From Vicugna vicugna (Eukaryota), in NCBI GenBank assembly GCA_013265495.1, contig MU057984.1:1-64000 (forward strand): 64,000 bases of DNA, read 5' to 3'. Position 1 is the first letter of the stretch; every line of letters begins with the position of its first letter. This document shows, piece after piece, positions 24,301-38,400 of the stretch. Position numbers and translations under genes: made by a program. Below the pieces are notes generated by a model that did no database searches, was not told where the DNA came from, and was given only the letters and a program-made list of their open reading frames with translations.

Positions 24301-25648
24301 GGAATTGGAAATGTTCAAGCACCAAATCTTGTGATTCATTTTGGCCAAAATAAAACCATAAAGCAAATATTTCAATAGTATTTATGAAGGAAATATCAGG
24401 GGAAATAATTGGTTTTGATACAAGTGCTTTTGGGAATGCAGGATACAGGGCTCTTTGTCAGAAAAGGCTGAGAAATATTTACAAAACAATTACCATTAAG
24501 GCACAAGGTATAAAAAGCATTAGCCATGTACTGATTTAACTTAATCTATACATATTCTTTATACCCTGTCATTGTAAAATTGATTTTTGCCAAGTTTGTT
24601 GTGAATGGAAGAAACTCTCTTGTAACATTCTGTTTTCATTTGCAGTTTTATTTTTATCGCTGGTGTAATATAATCCTTAACCTCAAGACTGTAATTACAA
24701 CAAGGGGCTTGTTGTACCTGTTTACTATAGAAAATGTTATCTGTTGGAGTATATATTACAGGAAATTGGATTTATTCAACAAAATTGGAAAGTACATACT
24801 AGCCCTCCGACGTTGAGCTCAGTATCTGTGTCTATCCTTGCTACATGTGGTAACACATCTACTATAGATGTGGCATAAATTTACTTGCCCATGAGAAGGT
24901 TCTTAATGTTAAATTTCTCCTTTTGGGCCTGTTTTCAAAAAATAAATTTGTGACTCGAAGACGTTCATTTCAAAACAAAACACAGAAATCCTTTCGTCTA
25001 TAATGGTTAAGCACAAAACCAGTGTTGACTGTGGCTAGTTATACTTCCGCTGTTTGTCCTCTCTTCTACCACTTGACAAATGCTGTAAGGTTGATAGAAC
25101 AATGAGAGGAGGGTCAACAGGGCTCAGAATCAAGTTAACTGTCCTGCTGACACCTGGGCTTTTGTCTTAATCCTTGTTCCTACCTTCCTATAATAATTGC
25201 CTACAAATATCGAGGCATCTCTTACAACCTGGGGCCATAAACACTCTTGCGATTTCCCTTAGTAAGTAGTGGTGTCCTGACCAGAAACCCAAGATTATGG
25301 TTGGTGTCCGGCACCTGCTGAGAGTTCTCCAATCCCAGTGTCTGCTGGTCTGTCTGCATCTCTGAACAAAGCCTTCTACAAAATTCCCTGGGCCCTTGAC
25401 TGTCAAAGAAATAAAAACCAAACACCAGCTTTTGTTATATTGTGCCTCGATCACATCCCACAGTGAATAAAAGCAGATGTAAAATCCTTCAGTCTGAATC
25501 ATAAACCTGGTGTTGCTTTTCCCTTTGAGCTAAGGATCATCCGAGGCAATGGCGTCAAGATAGAGGCTGTCAGTTTAGTAACTGGTCAGCCTTGCAAACA
25601 GAAAGGTGAAGAGAAACTCAACTGGTGAAGAAGTGTCTGTACTCCCCG

Positions 25649-25697
25649 TTTGTTTTTTGTTTTGTTTTGTTTTGTTTTGCTTTGTTCTGTTTTTTTT
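25649..25697. repeat. (TTTTG)n microsatellite
   Basis: Directly visible. Confidence 0.8.
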
Positions 25698-25702
25698 AAC
25701 AA

Positions 25703-26954
25703 TGTTGACTTTTGTCTGAACCCTGTGCTCCTGGAAGACACTGATGGTTAAAGAACTCTCTCCCACCTGTAACTGAGCAGGGCCCTGTGGGCCCTTCCCG
25801 GGACAGACTGCTCCCCCATGTCCTCCGCCTCTTGCTGTTTATAGAAAAGCTGTAATCTTTCATGTCTCCTCCGAGTCACAAAAGCCAAGCTCAAGAATTA
25901 ATGATTGAAAAGATGTGAACATGTAGTGCCAAAAATAGCAGTTGGGCAGAAGAACTGCTAAGAATTTAAATAGTAATTTAAATGGTAAATCAGCTGTCCC
26001 AGAATCTTTAGCTCCTCTCTAAAGTACCCAGATAATAGTATCTGATGCACATTTCCTGAATTGTTTTACAGATGCTAAAGCCTCCACCAAATAGAAGTCA
26101 ACTACTTGATGACCATGAGCAGTAACCCCCGACCTACTGGAGCCTGAGGATTGATAATGTTAATCCCTGTGATCCCGCCCTCTTATCGCACCATCAACCT
26201 ATCAGAGAACTGTGCACGAGCTGATCACATGCCCTGGGACGCCTCTCCCTCATCTTGCTTTTAAAAAATGCTTTTCTGAAACCCATCAGGGCGTTCAGGC
26301 TTTTTGAACATTAGCTGCCCCGGACTCCTCGTCTGGCACCTTACAATAAATGCTGCCCTTTCCTTCACCACTACCCAGCGTCAGGAGACTGGCTTACTGC
26401 GTGCAGGCTAGTGGACCCAAGTATGGTTCAGTACCACAGCCATTTGTGTTCAAGGAAATGGCTTACTGCAGACATACCCTTCCCTGCATGACTGAGAAAA
26501 GACTCATAGTGCTCCCCTTGTTTCTCTAAGACAAGGCTAGACTTAGACCCTCCAAATTCTCCTTCTTTGTCTCATAAAAGATTAGCTGAACTGATTTTTC
26601 CTAATGATCAGTTAGAATAAAATGCCTGTTAACTAGACTTTGGTTAAGCCTTTCTACTTCTCCAGATCCCTGAACTCCAACCCATCCTTAGCCTGAGCCA
26701 GCATATAACCCCTCCTGTGTATAGAACGGTCTCAAGATAAAATGTCCACTGATCTCATGTCTGATTTACCTTTTCATCCAACTTCTCCACACCCAATTAT
26801 TTCTAGCCTTGTTTATTCCTTCCCATGAAAGAAAAACCTTTCGTGTCTCACCCTTGCGAGGCTTGCAGAGCTCATGATGAAAGCTTTCTCCCCACTGCGA
26901 CAGTCCCTTTGCTTCCTCTTGCTCTATCCCTTTCTTTGTTGGACTTTATTCCAG
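25703..26954 (+). mobile_element. Older ERV1 LTR (MER92/MER4-group-like) split by a nested LTR
   Basis: TGTTGACTTTTGTCTGAACCCTGTGCTCCTGG... resumes after the insert as TTTGTGTTCAAGGAAATGGCTTACTGCA. Right end approximate. Confidence 0.6.
25768..26436 (+). mobile_element. ERV1 solo LTR nested in an older LTR
   Basis: TGTAACTGAG...TTCAGTACCA inverted termini, AATAAA at ~26345, TSD CACC/CAGC. Related to 35482-36052. Confidence 0.8.
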
Positions 26955-27599
26955 ATAAAGAAATTACCTTAGTATGGATTTTTTTTCACTGTGATTGTTT
27001 ACTGTTTTGCTTTCTGAAGGCATGAAGGATAGATGGGAGACTGGTTGGAAAATGAATGGAAGACAAAAGCAACGAAGGAGGTGTGCCGGTTTCTGTGTGT
27101 GTTTTCACAGACAATCTTCCCGATGGGAATGCGCAGTGGAGTGAGAGCAGAGTGGAAGGAAGGTGTTCTTAGAAAGCTGGGAGGTAGAAGCGGGCTCTGC
27201 AACTCTTGCTCTCAAATTGGGTTCTGCCCTCAGATCTGTGACCGTGGAGCAATCTTAGCCCTGGATGCAGGGTCTGTCTGCAAACACTCCCCCTCCCCAT
27301 CATTTCTCCCCTTGAGAGCTCAAGTATAAATCTTCTCTAGGCAAAAATGTTTCCTGTCAAGCCAGCAGGAGCCAGGGGAGAGAAAAGGAAATGGAATCTT
27401 GGGACAAGCTGATAAAGCAAATTTCAGCAAAGAACAAAGGCGTACCCAGGGACTGTTTCTAAAACCTCCTGATAAATCCTGGAGTATACAGTTGTATCAT
27501 TTTAAAATTTAGTCTTATCAGTCCCTTCTCACTTTCAGGGAAGAATCTGATCTGAATAGACCACTTCCTATCAATACCACAACCACATTCTATTCTCAC

Positions 27600-27845
27600 C
27601 ATTCTTTTACTTAATTTGCATGGTAACATTGATGGCGCTATAGACACACAGTATCCTATTCAATCTTCACAGTAAATGAAGCATCAGTGAGACATTATTA
27701 TTTCCATTTTACAGATGAGGAAACTGAGACTCAGAAAAGTTAACTGTAGGAAATTCTAGAGCTAGCAGGCAGGAGGGCAGAAACTTAAATCATTCCAGTT
27801 AGTTATATCTGACTCAAAATGTCCTATTATTTCCATTACATCATA
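27600..27845 (-). mobile_element. MIR SINE
   Basis: Canonical CCATTTTACAGATGAGGAAACTGAG at ~27704-27728. Confidence 0.85.
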
Positions 27846-28419
27846 ATGCTTTGCCACATTCCTAAATATATCCTCATCTTCAGTTTACACAAAAGATTTA
27901 ATTTTCATTTTTTCTCCTCCACATCTACATAAATACTAGTAGTTTAAAGTCAAGTGTTACTTAACTATTTTATGAAGACTATTCACCTATTTTGTTTCAT
28001 TAGTATTTCTCATCAGTTCTGTGAAATAGGCCAAATTGTATCACTTCCTCCATTATACATAATTTGAAATTCAAATTGAGTAAGGAACTTGTGTAAAGTG
28101 AGACAGATACCAAAATGGCAACATCCAACACTGAAGTGAAAACTTTAATTCTAAATCCATGACCCTCAAAAATATCTCACACTTTCTTGATAATTCTACA
28201 TATCTCTTTGGATATGGTGGTGTCTAGGGAAAGCATCACAATTTGCTAATAAATTATTTTCATTTTGAGGCCAACTACATACTAGAGAGGAAACCAACAG
28301 GAAAATATGTATGTTATACTCAGCCAACAATGGAACCAGAGTTAAACTAGTATATTCAAAAATACTTGACAAAATAGAATCTGAAGTTATTCTTTTAGAA
28401 GTATTTCTGTATTTCATTA

Positions 28420-30290
28420 ATTTTATAGTTAGAAATGTACATAAAACATAAAGTTAAAGAAATAATTAAAATGTAAACATCTACTTAAAATTGGAATATT
28501 ATCAGATTTCTCAGGCTATAGGTATACTCTGAGAGAAGAAAAGATTCCAGGTGAAAGGTCTAAGACACAAGAAAGGAGGAAGAACAAAAAAATACTAAAT
28601 ACAAGTGTAGATTCACATTGACTGTGTTAAAATATTACTAATGTCTAATAGGTTTACAAACAGAATTGAATGCAAGGCAGCATTACATGTTAGGATGAGA
28701 TCAGTTAAAGTGCACAAGCTCACTGTATTACCTAGGAAGATGGTAAAAGTGTTATCCTTATTTTCAAATTAAGTTTACTGTGTAGTGTATCAAACATACA
28801 GAAAATCCATAAAACATCAAAGCATAGTGTCATGGAATACTGAAAGCGAATACCTGTATAACCATCCCATTTACCTATTAATCACAACCTCTCCCCCACC
28901 CTCCTAGCTTCCCCTGCCAGAGGAAGGCCTTCTCTGATTCTATGGTAATCACTTCCATTTTCAGTTGCTATAAAAATTAAGTATGGCCATTTTGTGGTCA
29001 ATATTTGTAAGTATTCTATGTGTGATTGAAAATAATGTGAATTCTGTTTGGTGAAATAATGTACATGTGTGCACCTGTGCACTCCTCCACACACACACAC
29101 AACCATTAAGCAATGTCTATTAATTGTTCAAATCTTCTATATCCTAATTGATTTCCTGTGTGATAATTACCAAAAGAGGCATATGCTAAAATCTCCCATG
29201 GTGACTACTGGGTTTATCCATTTCTCATTGTAATTTTGCATCTTTTAGATCTATCTTTCTATGTATCTAATTTGTTTTATCTTAATGAAATAAGACTTTC
29301 ATCTTTACGAACTGATTCTGTTTCTTCCTCTTTATCTCTTGTAAATTTTTGTTTGTTTGTTTGCTTTAGCTAATTGACAGTAGGGCTGCGCACCAACATG
29401 ACTTTTTTGTACATCCAGGGGATGAGATTAATTCTGGTTTACTTTAATGCTAAGGTTGCAACCCTTTGGGATCCTGGACTTTCCTGCTTGGGAAAGCCCT
29501 GGGTCCTTACCTCTGTACCCCTCTATCCTTCTTTCCCTTCAGAGGGAGCAGAATATGTCACCCCAAAATGTGCCACCTTGGTATGGGGATTGTTTTGAGC
29601 TGAAGGCAACTGAGACCCAGCAGGTTCAGGAAAAGGTTTTTACCTCTCCTTTAATTGCCTAAAAGAATTTAGATAGGAGACCTGTACCAGGAAAAAAGCT
29701 ATTACCAAGAGGCAACTTTTCACATTAGAAAGACTCATCTGCATGACATGGCAAAGACTTGTCTGTGAATTGTCTTCCTTACCTTTGAAGCCCCAGACAC
29801 CTACCCACTTCTCCTTAGCTCAGGATGGTATATAAGCCTCAATTACCTGACCACCTCTGTGTCTTCATGTCTTTATGGAGCTCCCATGTATATGTAATTA
29901 AGTTTGTTTTTCCCATTAATTTGTCTTATGTCAATTTAATTATTAGACCAGCCAATGAACCTAGAAGGAAAGAAGGGAAAATTTTTCTGCCCCTAATCCT
30001 TCATCCTTACTCAAGCCAGAGATCTTAACCCTCCAAAAGAAGGAAGTTCAAAGTCTTTGGGTGTGACGGAGGGGGAGGTGAGAGTCAGTGTTCTGTGTCC
30101 TAAGCTCCCTGGGTGCTCATTTTAGAGTACAACTTTGGCCTGGAATTTTTCCATAGCCCTACTTACTCTTTGATGCTTTTACATGATGTTTAAAATTTTT
30201 ATCCAAAGTTTTGAGTTTTTTTTTAGGGGGAGACTTCAGCTAAATAATTTAGCCTACCATTGTCAGAAACTGAAACTCAACATGTATAGC
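28420..30290. mobile_element. Mosaic of very old L1 fragments (hosts the 29539 LTR)
   Basis: Degenerate L1 motifs such as TTGTTCAAATCTTCTATATCCT and TAAAATCTCCCA. Orientation is mixed or uncertain. Confidence 0.4.
29539..29996 (+). mobile_element. MER34-like ERV1 solo LTR
   Basis: GGGAGCAGAATATGTCACCCCAAAATGTGCC ... GAACCTAGAAGG..ATTTTTCTGCCCCTAA; TSD CCCT/TCCT. Confidence 0.8.
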
Positions 30291-30401
30291 ATTTTAGCAT
30301 GGAACAAACAAAGAAAAATAGCTGCTTTTCCATGGAATTTTTAAAACTCAGATAAAATATTCTTGATATCTAAAGCTTTTGTTTTTAAGAGGTGGGCTCT
30401 C

Positions 30402-31082
30402 TGTATTGGAGAAATGATCGGAAACATTTTCTGCCAATCTAGAAAACCTCTTTACAAAAGTACAAGAGCAAGAAAACAGTTTTATTATTGAATAAGCAAT
30501 AAATCAGACTGCAAAGTGCATCACAGACATCAGCTCAAGTGATTGCAAAGACAGAAACGTTACCATTTTACAGAGCCAAGCAGATATAACCCATTATGTA
30601 TATGTTTTTAAGATAAATGATAACTAATCTTCAAGTAAGAGGATGTGACACTGCCATTTGTTGTACATAATTTATCCTAAATTTACTTGGTAATTGAGGT
30701 AACCATCTGTGTTAGCTAATTGCTTTTGTCCAAAGAAATAATATAATTTCTCACATCACTATAATACGTAAGTAGTTACAACTTAGTGTCAGATGCCTAG
30801 GTCAAAATCTCAGGGACACTGGAAGATAGTGATGAGATCTTGCTTAATGCTTGCATTTCAGAGAGAAGTCTCCAAGCCATTAAGAAAAATATCTCTGGGT
30901 TGCAAAACTGGCAAGAGGCTTATTTAGCCTTTAAAAACCCTTATATACATCTTGAAGAGCAGGAAAAATACATAAAACTACAAGTTTTCTAAAGGAAATA
31001 TTCTAAGAAAAGGAAGGGGAAAGTTTCTTTCCTTTTTTATATCATGGAGAATTAATTTTTCCCTTATTTTGATTTGTGTCTA
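30402..31082 (-). mobile_element. MER76-like ERVL solo LTR
   Basis: AAACAGTTTTATTATTGAATAAGC..GATTGCAAAGACAGAAA..ACCATCTGTGTTAGCTAATT matches the recalled MER76 consensus; ~680 bp; 5-bp TSD CTCTC/CTCTA. Confidence 0.7.
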
Positions 31083-31801
31083 CTCTAACATTGGAAAGAA
31101 GAAAACATTTTCCTGTGTTCCAAAATCTTTGTTTTGAACACTGAGATGTAAGCCCCAAAGCACTGAACAACAGGTTAGAAAGAACTCATATTGATGGAAG
31201 AGCTGGTCTTTCCAACTCTAGGAATATAACTCCTTGGAAGAGAAGATAGAACTGGAAAAGGAGACAAAGGGCATCCTGGGGGTAAGTCCAGAAGGGGATG
31301 CAGCTATGCGGAGCCACAGCAGAATTCCCAATTTGTGATGAAATAGGATCACAGACATGATTTATGCCTCACTTCCTATCTGGTAACTCCCAAGAGTACA
31401 ACACGCCAACACCTACAGCCTCACAGTAGAAATGGCCATAGGTCAAGTGTATTTGTGGAGAAATCCTAAGACTGTCCCTAGGTGCTTGCATTCTCAAGGT
31501 TTTTTTGCATCTAGGATGGCTATCTGAGAATGCTGCAGGTTTTGAATCACAAAAGATTTCTGGTGAACCTGAAAGGTATATGAACATAGTCTGAGGAAGA
31601 CTCAGTGGATTTCAGGGGACTCAGTGTTTTAGATGAGGAAGATGATGTATGCCCCTTGTAGATCTGGCATCAGAGACCAGAGATCAACATCTCATCAGGG
31701 ATTGATGACAAATTTAGAGGCACCTCAGCAGAGGCCATAGTATGCCGAAAGTGGCTGTGGACAAAATAGAAAACCTAACATGACAGTACAAGGTGTCCCA
31801 C

Positions 31802-32308
31802 TGTAAGGGAGAAAACATAATTTTCCTTCTACCCTTCTAGGTTCTTGGCTGAGGCTGCCCTATAATAAAAGACAGATTAATGGGAGAAAAACCAATAGAA
31901 GTCTAATGACATGTATACCTCCTTTATACAAGGGAGGTGCTCAGGAAAACCAAGTACCTTCCCAAAATGGCACAAAGAAGCACCTTAAATACAATCTCCA
32001 GCTAAAGACAACAGAAGATGTTGATGCTGTGTGTGTATGTTGGGGCAGGAGTGGCAGGGTGGTCATTGCCTTCTTTATTGATAAGAGTTTCTAGAGACTT
32101 AGAGTCATCCTTCTCTTCCTGGTACAGAGAGAAAGACACCCTTACAAATGGAGATTTTCCTTGTAAATGTAAATGTCTCTTACAAAAGGGTAACATACTT
32201 CAGTTTCACAACTTTTCCTATGTCTGCTATATCTTAAAAATAATCAGCCTAAAATAATCCTTATAGCAAAGAGCCATATTTTGGGCTGGCAAATTCTGCT
32301 CCCCTTCA
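31802..32308 (-). mobile_element. MER34-like ERV1 solo LTR
   Basis: TGTAAGGGAGAAAA...CATATTTTGGGCTGGCAAATTCTGCTCCCCTTCA; TSD CCAC/CCTC. Confidence 0.8.
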
Positions 32309-32992
32309 CCTCTACCCACAGCATAAGCCCAGAGGAAAAAAGATAATGAAGGTTAAAATCCAGAATTTCTTCTCTAAATAATACTGACAGAAATCTACAA
32401 GTGGCTGAGTTGACCATAAACGTTCAGGTTTGTATCCTTATCTTTCCAAACTGGGGAATGGAAGGTCAAGTTGGCTAAAGCATAACACAAGTTAAATATT
32501 TGTACACCAGATGTTTTGATTTTGGTAGCTGTAGTACACTAAGTGGGGCCTGGTCTGAGTTTCTAAAGAATTTTTGTGCAATATTCTCTGTCTCAGGGAT
32601 TAATACTAACCCCAGGTAGGAAGGGGCATGAGTCAGCTTGCGGCCAAACTCTGACCTTGTGAGAGAAATGAGACTGACTCTTCGAAGTCTTTAATGACTT
32701 GGAAAGAATGGATTGTAATGAGACCAAGTGTAAGATTAGTACATAATCCGTCGCATCCCCAGGGCTGACGTAGGAGTTCAGCGTTTAAGGGAAAACATTT
32801 ATGGCTGCGGGAAAACATCATGAACGCCTCTACATGAACTCTGAGTTGTTCCGGCAAGTACTAAACTTCTGAGAAAGGAAAAGACAATTTCAGCTTAAGG
32901 TATACGTGTGTTACCTGACAATTTGGGTTTCTCAGGAAGAAGTAGGAGTCCACACCTGAGCTTAAAAGCCCAGTCATCTCCTGGGTTGGGAA

Positions 32993-34421
32993 TGAAAGGT
33001 TCTGGTCACCAATTCCTATGTGTGGGTGTATGTGTTTGGGGGTGTTCCTACATCAATAAGCAATTCTCCAACACCAGCTGGGTGTCCTACAATTTAACTC
33101 AGATCCCACAGGTCAGTCCTACAAAACTGCCCTGTCCTGCAGATGCTGTAAGCAGGCAGGATAGGGGGTCTCCAGATAAAGAGAACCAGGCATAGTTTCT
33201 TGACATAAGTCATTTTGTGACCTAAGCCTGGCCACAATGCTTGCCCTTGAACAGGTCTCAGTAATTAATGATCTTAAGGGAACAAAAGAGTGCAGGAACA
33301 AAGGAAAAACCATCAAGAAGCAATAGTTCACCGATAAAATAGAGTCCGAGTTCCTCCTCAAGGGATACACCTAACAAGCTGATACGTAGTTTTCACTTCT
33401 GCAGGAACCAGGCGGAGGATGGTGACTACATGCTGAGACCCCAGAATGGTCAGAACCTAAGGAATGATGATGTTGACCTTTTCTGACTCTTGTGACTTCA
33501 GTCAACTAAAACTTGGACTCTGTCAACTGTGGCCCCAATTCTATGCTGAATACTCCTCTGTTCAAGCCCCTTCATGAATATACATATACCAACCAAGCCC
33601 TTTCATGAATATGCATGTAGTCTTAGCTGAAACATTCCCCAATTTTGCTCTTTGGGGAGACACTGCTTTGGGAAAGATCCCAGGTGTTCTCCTTATTTTC
33701 TGCAAGTAATAAATCCTTCCTTGTCCCACTCTTAGATTTGATTGTGTCTTCTGGCTTGACATCCACCAAGAGGCGAATCCAGTTCTCCGGTAATAATGCC
33801 AGTGGCAAGTCCAGGTTGTCACCTGTGCTTTTGATTGACCGGCTATAAATTGGAGGCTCCAATGACCCCCTTCCTTGGGTTCAACTAATTTTCTTGGGTG
33901 GTTCACAGAACTCAGAGAAACGTTTTACTTACTATATCACCAGTTTACTATAAAAGGATGTAACTCAGGAACAGCCAGATAAAAGAGATGCACAGGGAAA
34001 GGTGTGGGGAAAGGATGCAAAGCTCCCATACTCTCTCCAGAGACACCGCTCTCCTAGACCTCCATGCGTTCATCAGCCCAGAAGCTCTCTGAATCCCATT
34101 CTTTTGTTTTTTTTTTTTTAATGGTGGCTTTATTACATAGGCATGATTCAGTAACTCACTGGCCATTGGTGACTGCTTCAACCTCCAGTTTCTCTTCCCA
34201 CACCACAGGTCATGGTGGTGGGACTAAAATTTCTAATGCCCTAATCACATGATTGTTTCCCTGGCAACCAGCCCTCATCTTCAGAGGCAGTCCTCACTAA
34301 TATAACAAAAGACACCTTTATTGCTCTCATCACTTAAAAAATTCCAAGGGTTTTAGGAGCTGTGTGCCAGATAGGGGACAAAGACACATATATATTTCTT
34401 CTTGTAAATCACAATATCACA
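32993..34421 (-). mobile_element. MER21-like LTR, split by a nested LTR
   Basis: CACCAGCTGGGTGTCCTA, CAGATCCCACAGG, CAGAACTCAGAGAAAC; ends AAATCACAATATCACA. Perfect TSD GGAA (32989-32992 / 34422-34425). Confidence 0.85.
33147..33795 (+). mobile_element. ERV1 solo LTR nested in the MER21-like LTR
   Basis: TGTAAGCAG...CCGGTAATA, AATAAA at ~33708, perfect TSD ATGC (33143-33146 / 33796-33799). Confidence 0.85.
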
Positions 34422-35066
34422 GGAATAGGAGAGCATTTCCATGACAGCTAAAGCGCTCATTATACCACAACATCCTACTGTCTGTATTCTTTAAGAAAAA
34501 AAACAAGAAAGCAAAACCAAAAATAATGTAATAAGCTACAACCATTAAGAAAACATTGCCAGTAATATGAAAGTCACACGAATTCAGGATTAGGAGGTCA
34601 CTGAGGTCCAAGAGACTTCAGCAGCAGGGTCAACATATTATTGAGACAGCTTGAGAGTTGTACTTACCTATGTTTATTTGGAGCCAGTTAATGCCAAGAG
34701 ACAGACCAAGACTCTTCTCTAGACAAGAAAGCACGGCCAAAGATTTGTATTTTGAAATCAGACCACTGTAAGTGCCCTTCCCAAACAAAGACAACGCTCT
34801 CTGCTGTTTTCTCAAGGTCATTTAAGACTGAACACTACTATTACCAGGATTAAAATTTCTTTGTTGAGGTGAGAGGGAAACGAAGCAAGTGCTGAGAAGA
34901 TGCAGTGTCCTGGGAGAAACAATCATTGACTTCCAATGGAAAAAGTTGAGAACATCCCCTCTCAGTGGAAGGAGTTGTAAATGGCACCCAGGATCTAGGT
35001 CACCTACATGATGACAGTGGGCAGGGAGCTTATACTTTCTATAGTTTATTTAAAATTCTACACACA

Positions 35067-37289
35067 AGAAATTGAAGGAGGCACTAAAAAATGGAAAGAC
35101 ATTCCATGCTCATAGATTGGAAGAATTGATATTCTTAAAATGTCCATACTACACAAAGCAATCTACAGATTCAGTGCCATCCCTGTCAAAATTCCAATGG
35201 TATTTTTTACCGAACTAGAACAAATAATTGTAAAATTGGTGTGGAATCACAGAAGATCCTGAAGAGCCAAAGCAATCTTGAGAAAGAACAAAGCTGGAGG
35301 TATCACATTCCCTAATTTCAAATTTTAATACAAAGTGATAGTAATCAAAAAGTACAGTATTGACATCAAAACAGACACACAGATCAATGGAACAGAATAG
35401 AGAGCCCAGAAATAAACCCACACATATATAGGCAATTTATGACAAAGGAGCCAAGAACATACAATGGAGAAAGGACCATCTTGATACCGAGCAGAACCCT
35501 GTGGGTTCCTCCCGGCTACAAACCTTTCCATGTTTCCTGTTTCTTGTTTGTAGGAAATAGGCTTCATTCAGCCTCCTTGACCTTCCCTGAGATCCAAAGG
35601 GCAGACTCAAACAGTTGTTCATCAGGAAAGGGAGGGAATGCAGAGACAAGGCAGAATCAGTCAAGAAACAATAGTGCAGCCTTGGGACAAGGTCCTGGTT
35701 CTTCCTCAAGGAAGATATGGAAGATATATAACAACATACCTTTGAGTTCTCCTGCAGGAACTAAGGCCCCACCCAGGTGGAGGATGGAACTCCAGGCTGA
35801 GCACAGGATTCCTGGAGCACTGCCCTGTTACCCACCCCACCAACCAATCAGAAGAAAGTGACACACCCTGCTGCCCTCCAAGTTTTGCCTATAAAACCTC
35901 CTCCCCAAACAATCGGGGAGTTCAGGTTTTTCAAGCACGAGCCCCCTGTCCTCCTTGCTTGGCCCTGCAATAAACCTTTCTCTTTTCCAAACTCCAGCAT
36001 TTCAGTTTGTTTGGTCTCACTGTGCATTGGGCACACAAACTTTTCAGTAACAGTCTCTTTAAAAAATAGTGTTAGGGAAACTAGACAGCTACATGCAAAA
36101 GAATGAAACTAGACCACCACCTCACACCATATACAAAAAGTAACTTGAATGTAAGACTTGAAACCCAAAATTCCTAGAAGAAGACATACACAGTAAACTT
36201 CATGACATTGGTCTTAACGATGTTTTAGTGGATCTTACTCCAAAGGCAAGGCAAACAAAAGTAAAAATAAACAAGTGAGATACAGCAAAATCAAGCAAGC
36301 AAGCAAGCTTCTGCACGGCAGCAAAGGAAACCATTATCAAAATGCAAAGGTAACCTCCTGAATAGGAGAAGATATTTACAAATCATACATCCAATAGCAG
36401 TTTATATCTAAAATATATAAAGAACGCATACAATTCAACAACAAAAAGACAATCTGATTAAAAAATGAGTGAACACTCTGAATAGACATTTTTCCAAAGA
36501 AGACATACAAACAGCCAACAGAAACATGAAAAGATGTTCAACATCACTATGAGGGAAATGCAAATCAAAACCACAGTGAGCTATATCACCTCACACCTGT
36601 TAGACTGGTTATCATCAAAGAGACAAGAAATAACAAGTGTTGGAAAGGATGTGGAAAAAGGGAATCCTTGTACACTGTTCTTGGGAATGGAAATTGGTAA
36701 ACAGAATGGAGATTGCTTAAAAAATTAAGAATAGAAAATTAAGAACTATCATATGATCCAGATGTTTCACTTCTGGGTATTTATGTGAAGAATACCAAAA
36801 TACTAATTCAAAAAGATATACGTACCTCCATGTTCACTGCAGCATTACTTGCAATAGCCAAGATGTGGAAACAACAACTAAATATCCATCAGTGGATGAA
36901 TGGATAAAGAAGATGTGGTATTTACAGAGACAGAATGGGATACTACTCAGCCATAAAGAAAGAATGAAATCATGCCATTTGTGACAATATGGATGGACCT
37001 TGATGGTATTGTGTTAAGTAAAATAAATCAGATGGAGAAAGATAAATACCACATGATTTCATTCATATGTGGAATATAAACAAATACAAAAGAAACAAAA
37101 ACAAACTCATAGATACAGAGAACAGAGTGGTAGTTACTAGTGGTGAAGGGAGTTGAGGAGTGAGCAAAACAGACGAAGGGAGTCAACTGTATGGTGATGG
37201 ATGGTAATGAGGCCTTTGGTGGTGATCACTTATGTTGATTATGATGCTGTACACCTGAAAATTATATGTTATATACCAATTTTATTTTA
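35067..37289 (+). mobile_element. 5'-truncated L1 (ORF2 C-terminal part and 3'UTR)
   Basis: ORF2 motifs (ATGGAAAGACATTCCATGCTCA; ATGCAAATCAAAACCACA). Perfect 15-bp TSD AAAATTCTACACACA (35052-35066 / 37290-37304) at a TT/AAAA site. Confidence 0.92.
35482..36052 (+). mobile_element. ERV1 solo LTR nested in L1 ORF2
   Basis: TGATACCGAG...TTCAGTAACA; CCAAT ~35844, TATAAAA ~35890, AATAAA ~35969; TSD ATCT/GTCT. The L1 reading resumes on both sides. Confidence 0.85.
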
Positions 37290-38400
37290 AAAATTCTACA
37301 CACACACACCCTGATGCACACACACATATATTTTATACGTATTATTTAAAAAGTTAGTTCAAACACTAACTCAGGTCCAGATATCACACTAAAGAACAAT
37401 GCACAGTCTAAGCGTGGTCAGCTGGCAATCAAGTAAGAAGTCCCTACCCGAGGGGCAGCTAATGAAAGTGCCTTGTTCCCTGTTTCTCAGCCAACAAACT
37501 ATGCTTTGCGAATTATCATGTAAAATGCCAGAAATGGAATTTTATTGATGAAATAGGCATGTTGACTAGAACGATATTTTTTTGTAAATGGACTCATATA
37601 GGTGAAATAAAAAGTAATTAAGGTTTATGGGTTGGCTGAATCTAGTGTGGGAGATACTGCTCACCCCTGCACAGGGTTTTAAAGAATCTAATGAGGTTGG
37701 TAGACTTTACCCTTTGGAATGGAGCCCAAGGTCATTTTCCCCTGCTACTTGTTTAGGAATATGGTTCATTAATCTATGTCTGTATATATGGCAGCATTAG
37801 TTCTAAAACCTGTTATTCTGACAGAAAAGTTTCTGAATAAGCAATTACCCTTCCCCACCTCCAACTTTTGGGCAGAATTGTTTGTCAAAAATAAACTAAG
37901 GATTGTGTAAAACCAAATTGGCCTAAGTCAGATTGTGGTGGGTGCTGGGGATGTCATCTGTCCCCCACCCAAACAGGAGCTGTTTTGTCACTATTTCTAC
38001 AGATAGTCACTATTTTAGGATACTTAATTCTCAACAGAGACTTAATTACCACACTCATCAAAGGGTACAGACATTAGATAATAAGTAAATAATTTGTCTC
38101 TAGTCAGGGAAGCACTATCATTCTGGGGTAGAGAAATATTTATTGAGTAACTGTGTTCCTATCTTTTTGCCTCTGTAACTGAGCTGAATTTTGAACTTGA
38201 GCTTTCATTTTAGCTCAGAGGTAGAACATTTAATCTTTCATATCGACAGCAAATTCAGTAAGTTTTTGTTTGAAACTCAGTCTCTCTTAGGGTAGCACTC
38301 TCTGAGTTCAGAATTTCCTGTCTTCCCTCTCCTTCTATTTATCCTGGGAGTGGTCTATATTCCTGGGGGATTTATAAATAAGCTGGCATTTGGGACAGGC

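Noticed and set aside
29539..32308. Provirus bounded by two MER34-like LTRs
   Set aside because: The LTRs are in opposite orientation, each has its own TSD, and there is no internal ERV sequence.
35439..35861. 140-aa L1/LTR chimeric ORF
   Set aside because: Chance read-through from L1 ORF2 into a nested LTR U3 region; no evidence of function.
25768..36052. Provirus bounded by the related LTRs at 25768 and 35482
   Set aside because: The two LTRs are clearly divergent, each is nested in a different host with its own TSD, and the intervening DNA is MIR/L1/unique sequence rather than gag-pol-env.
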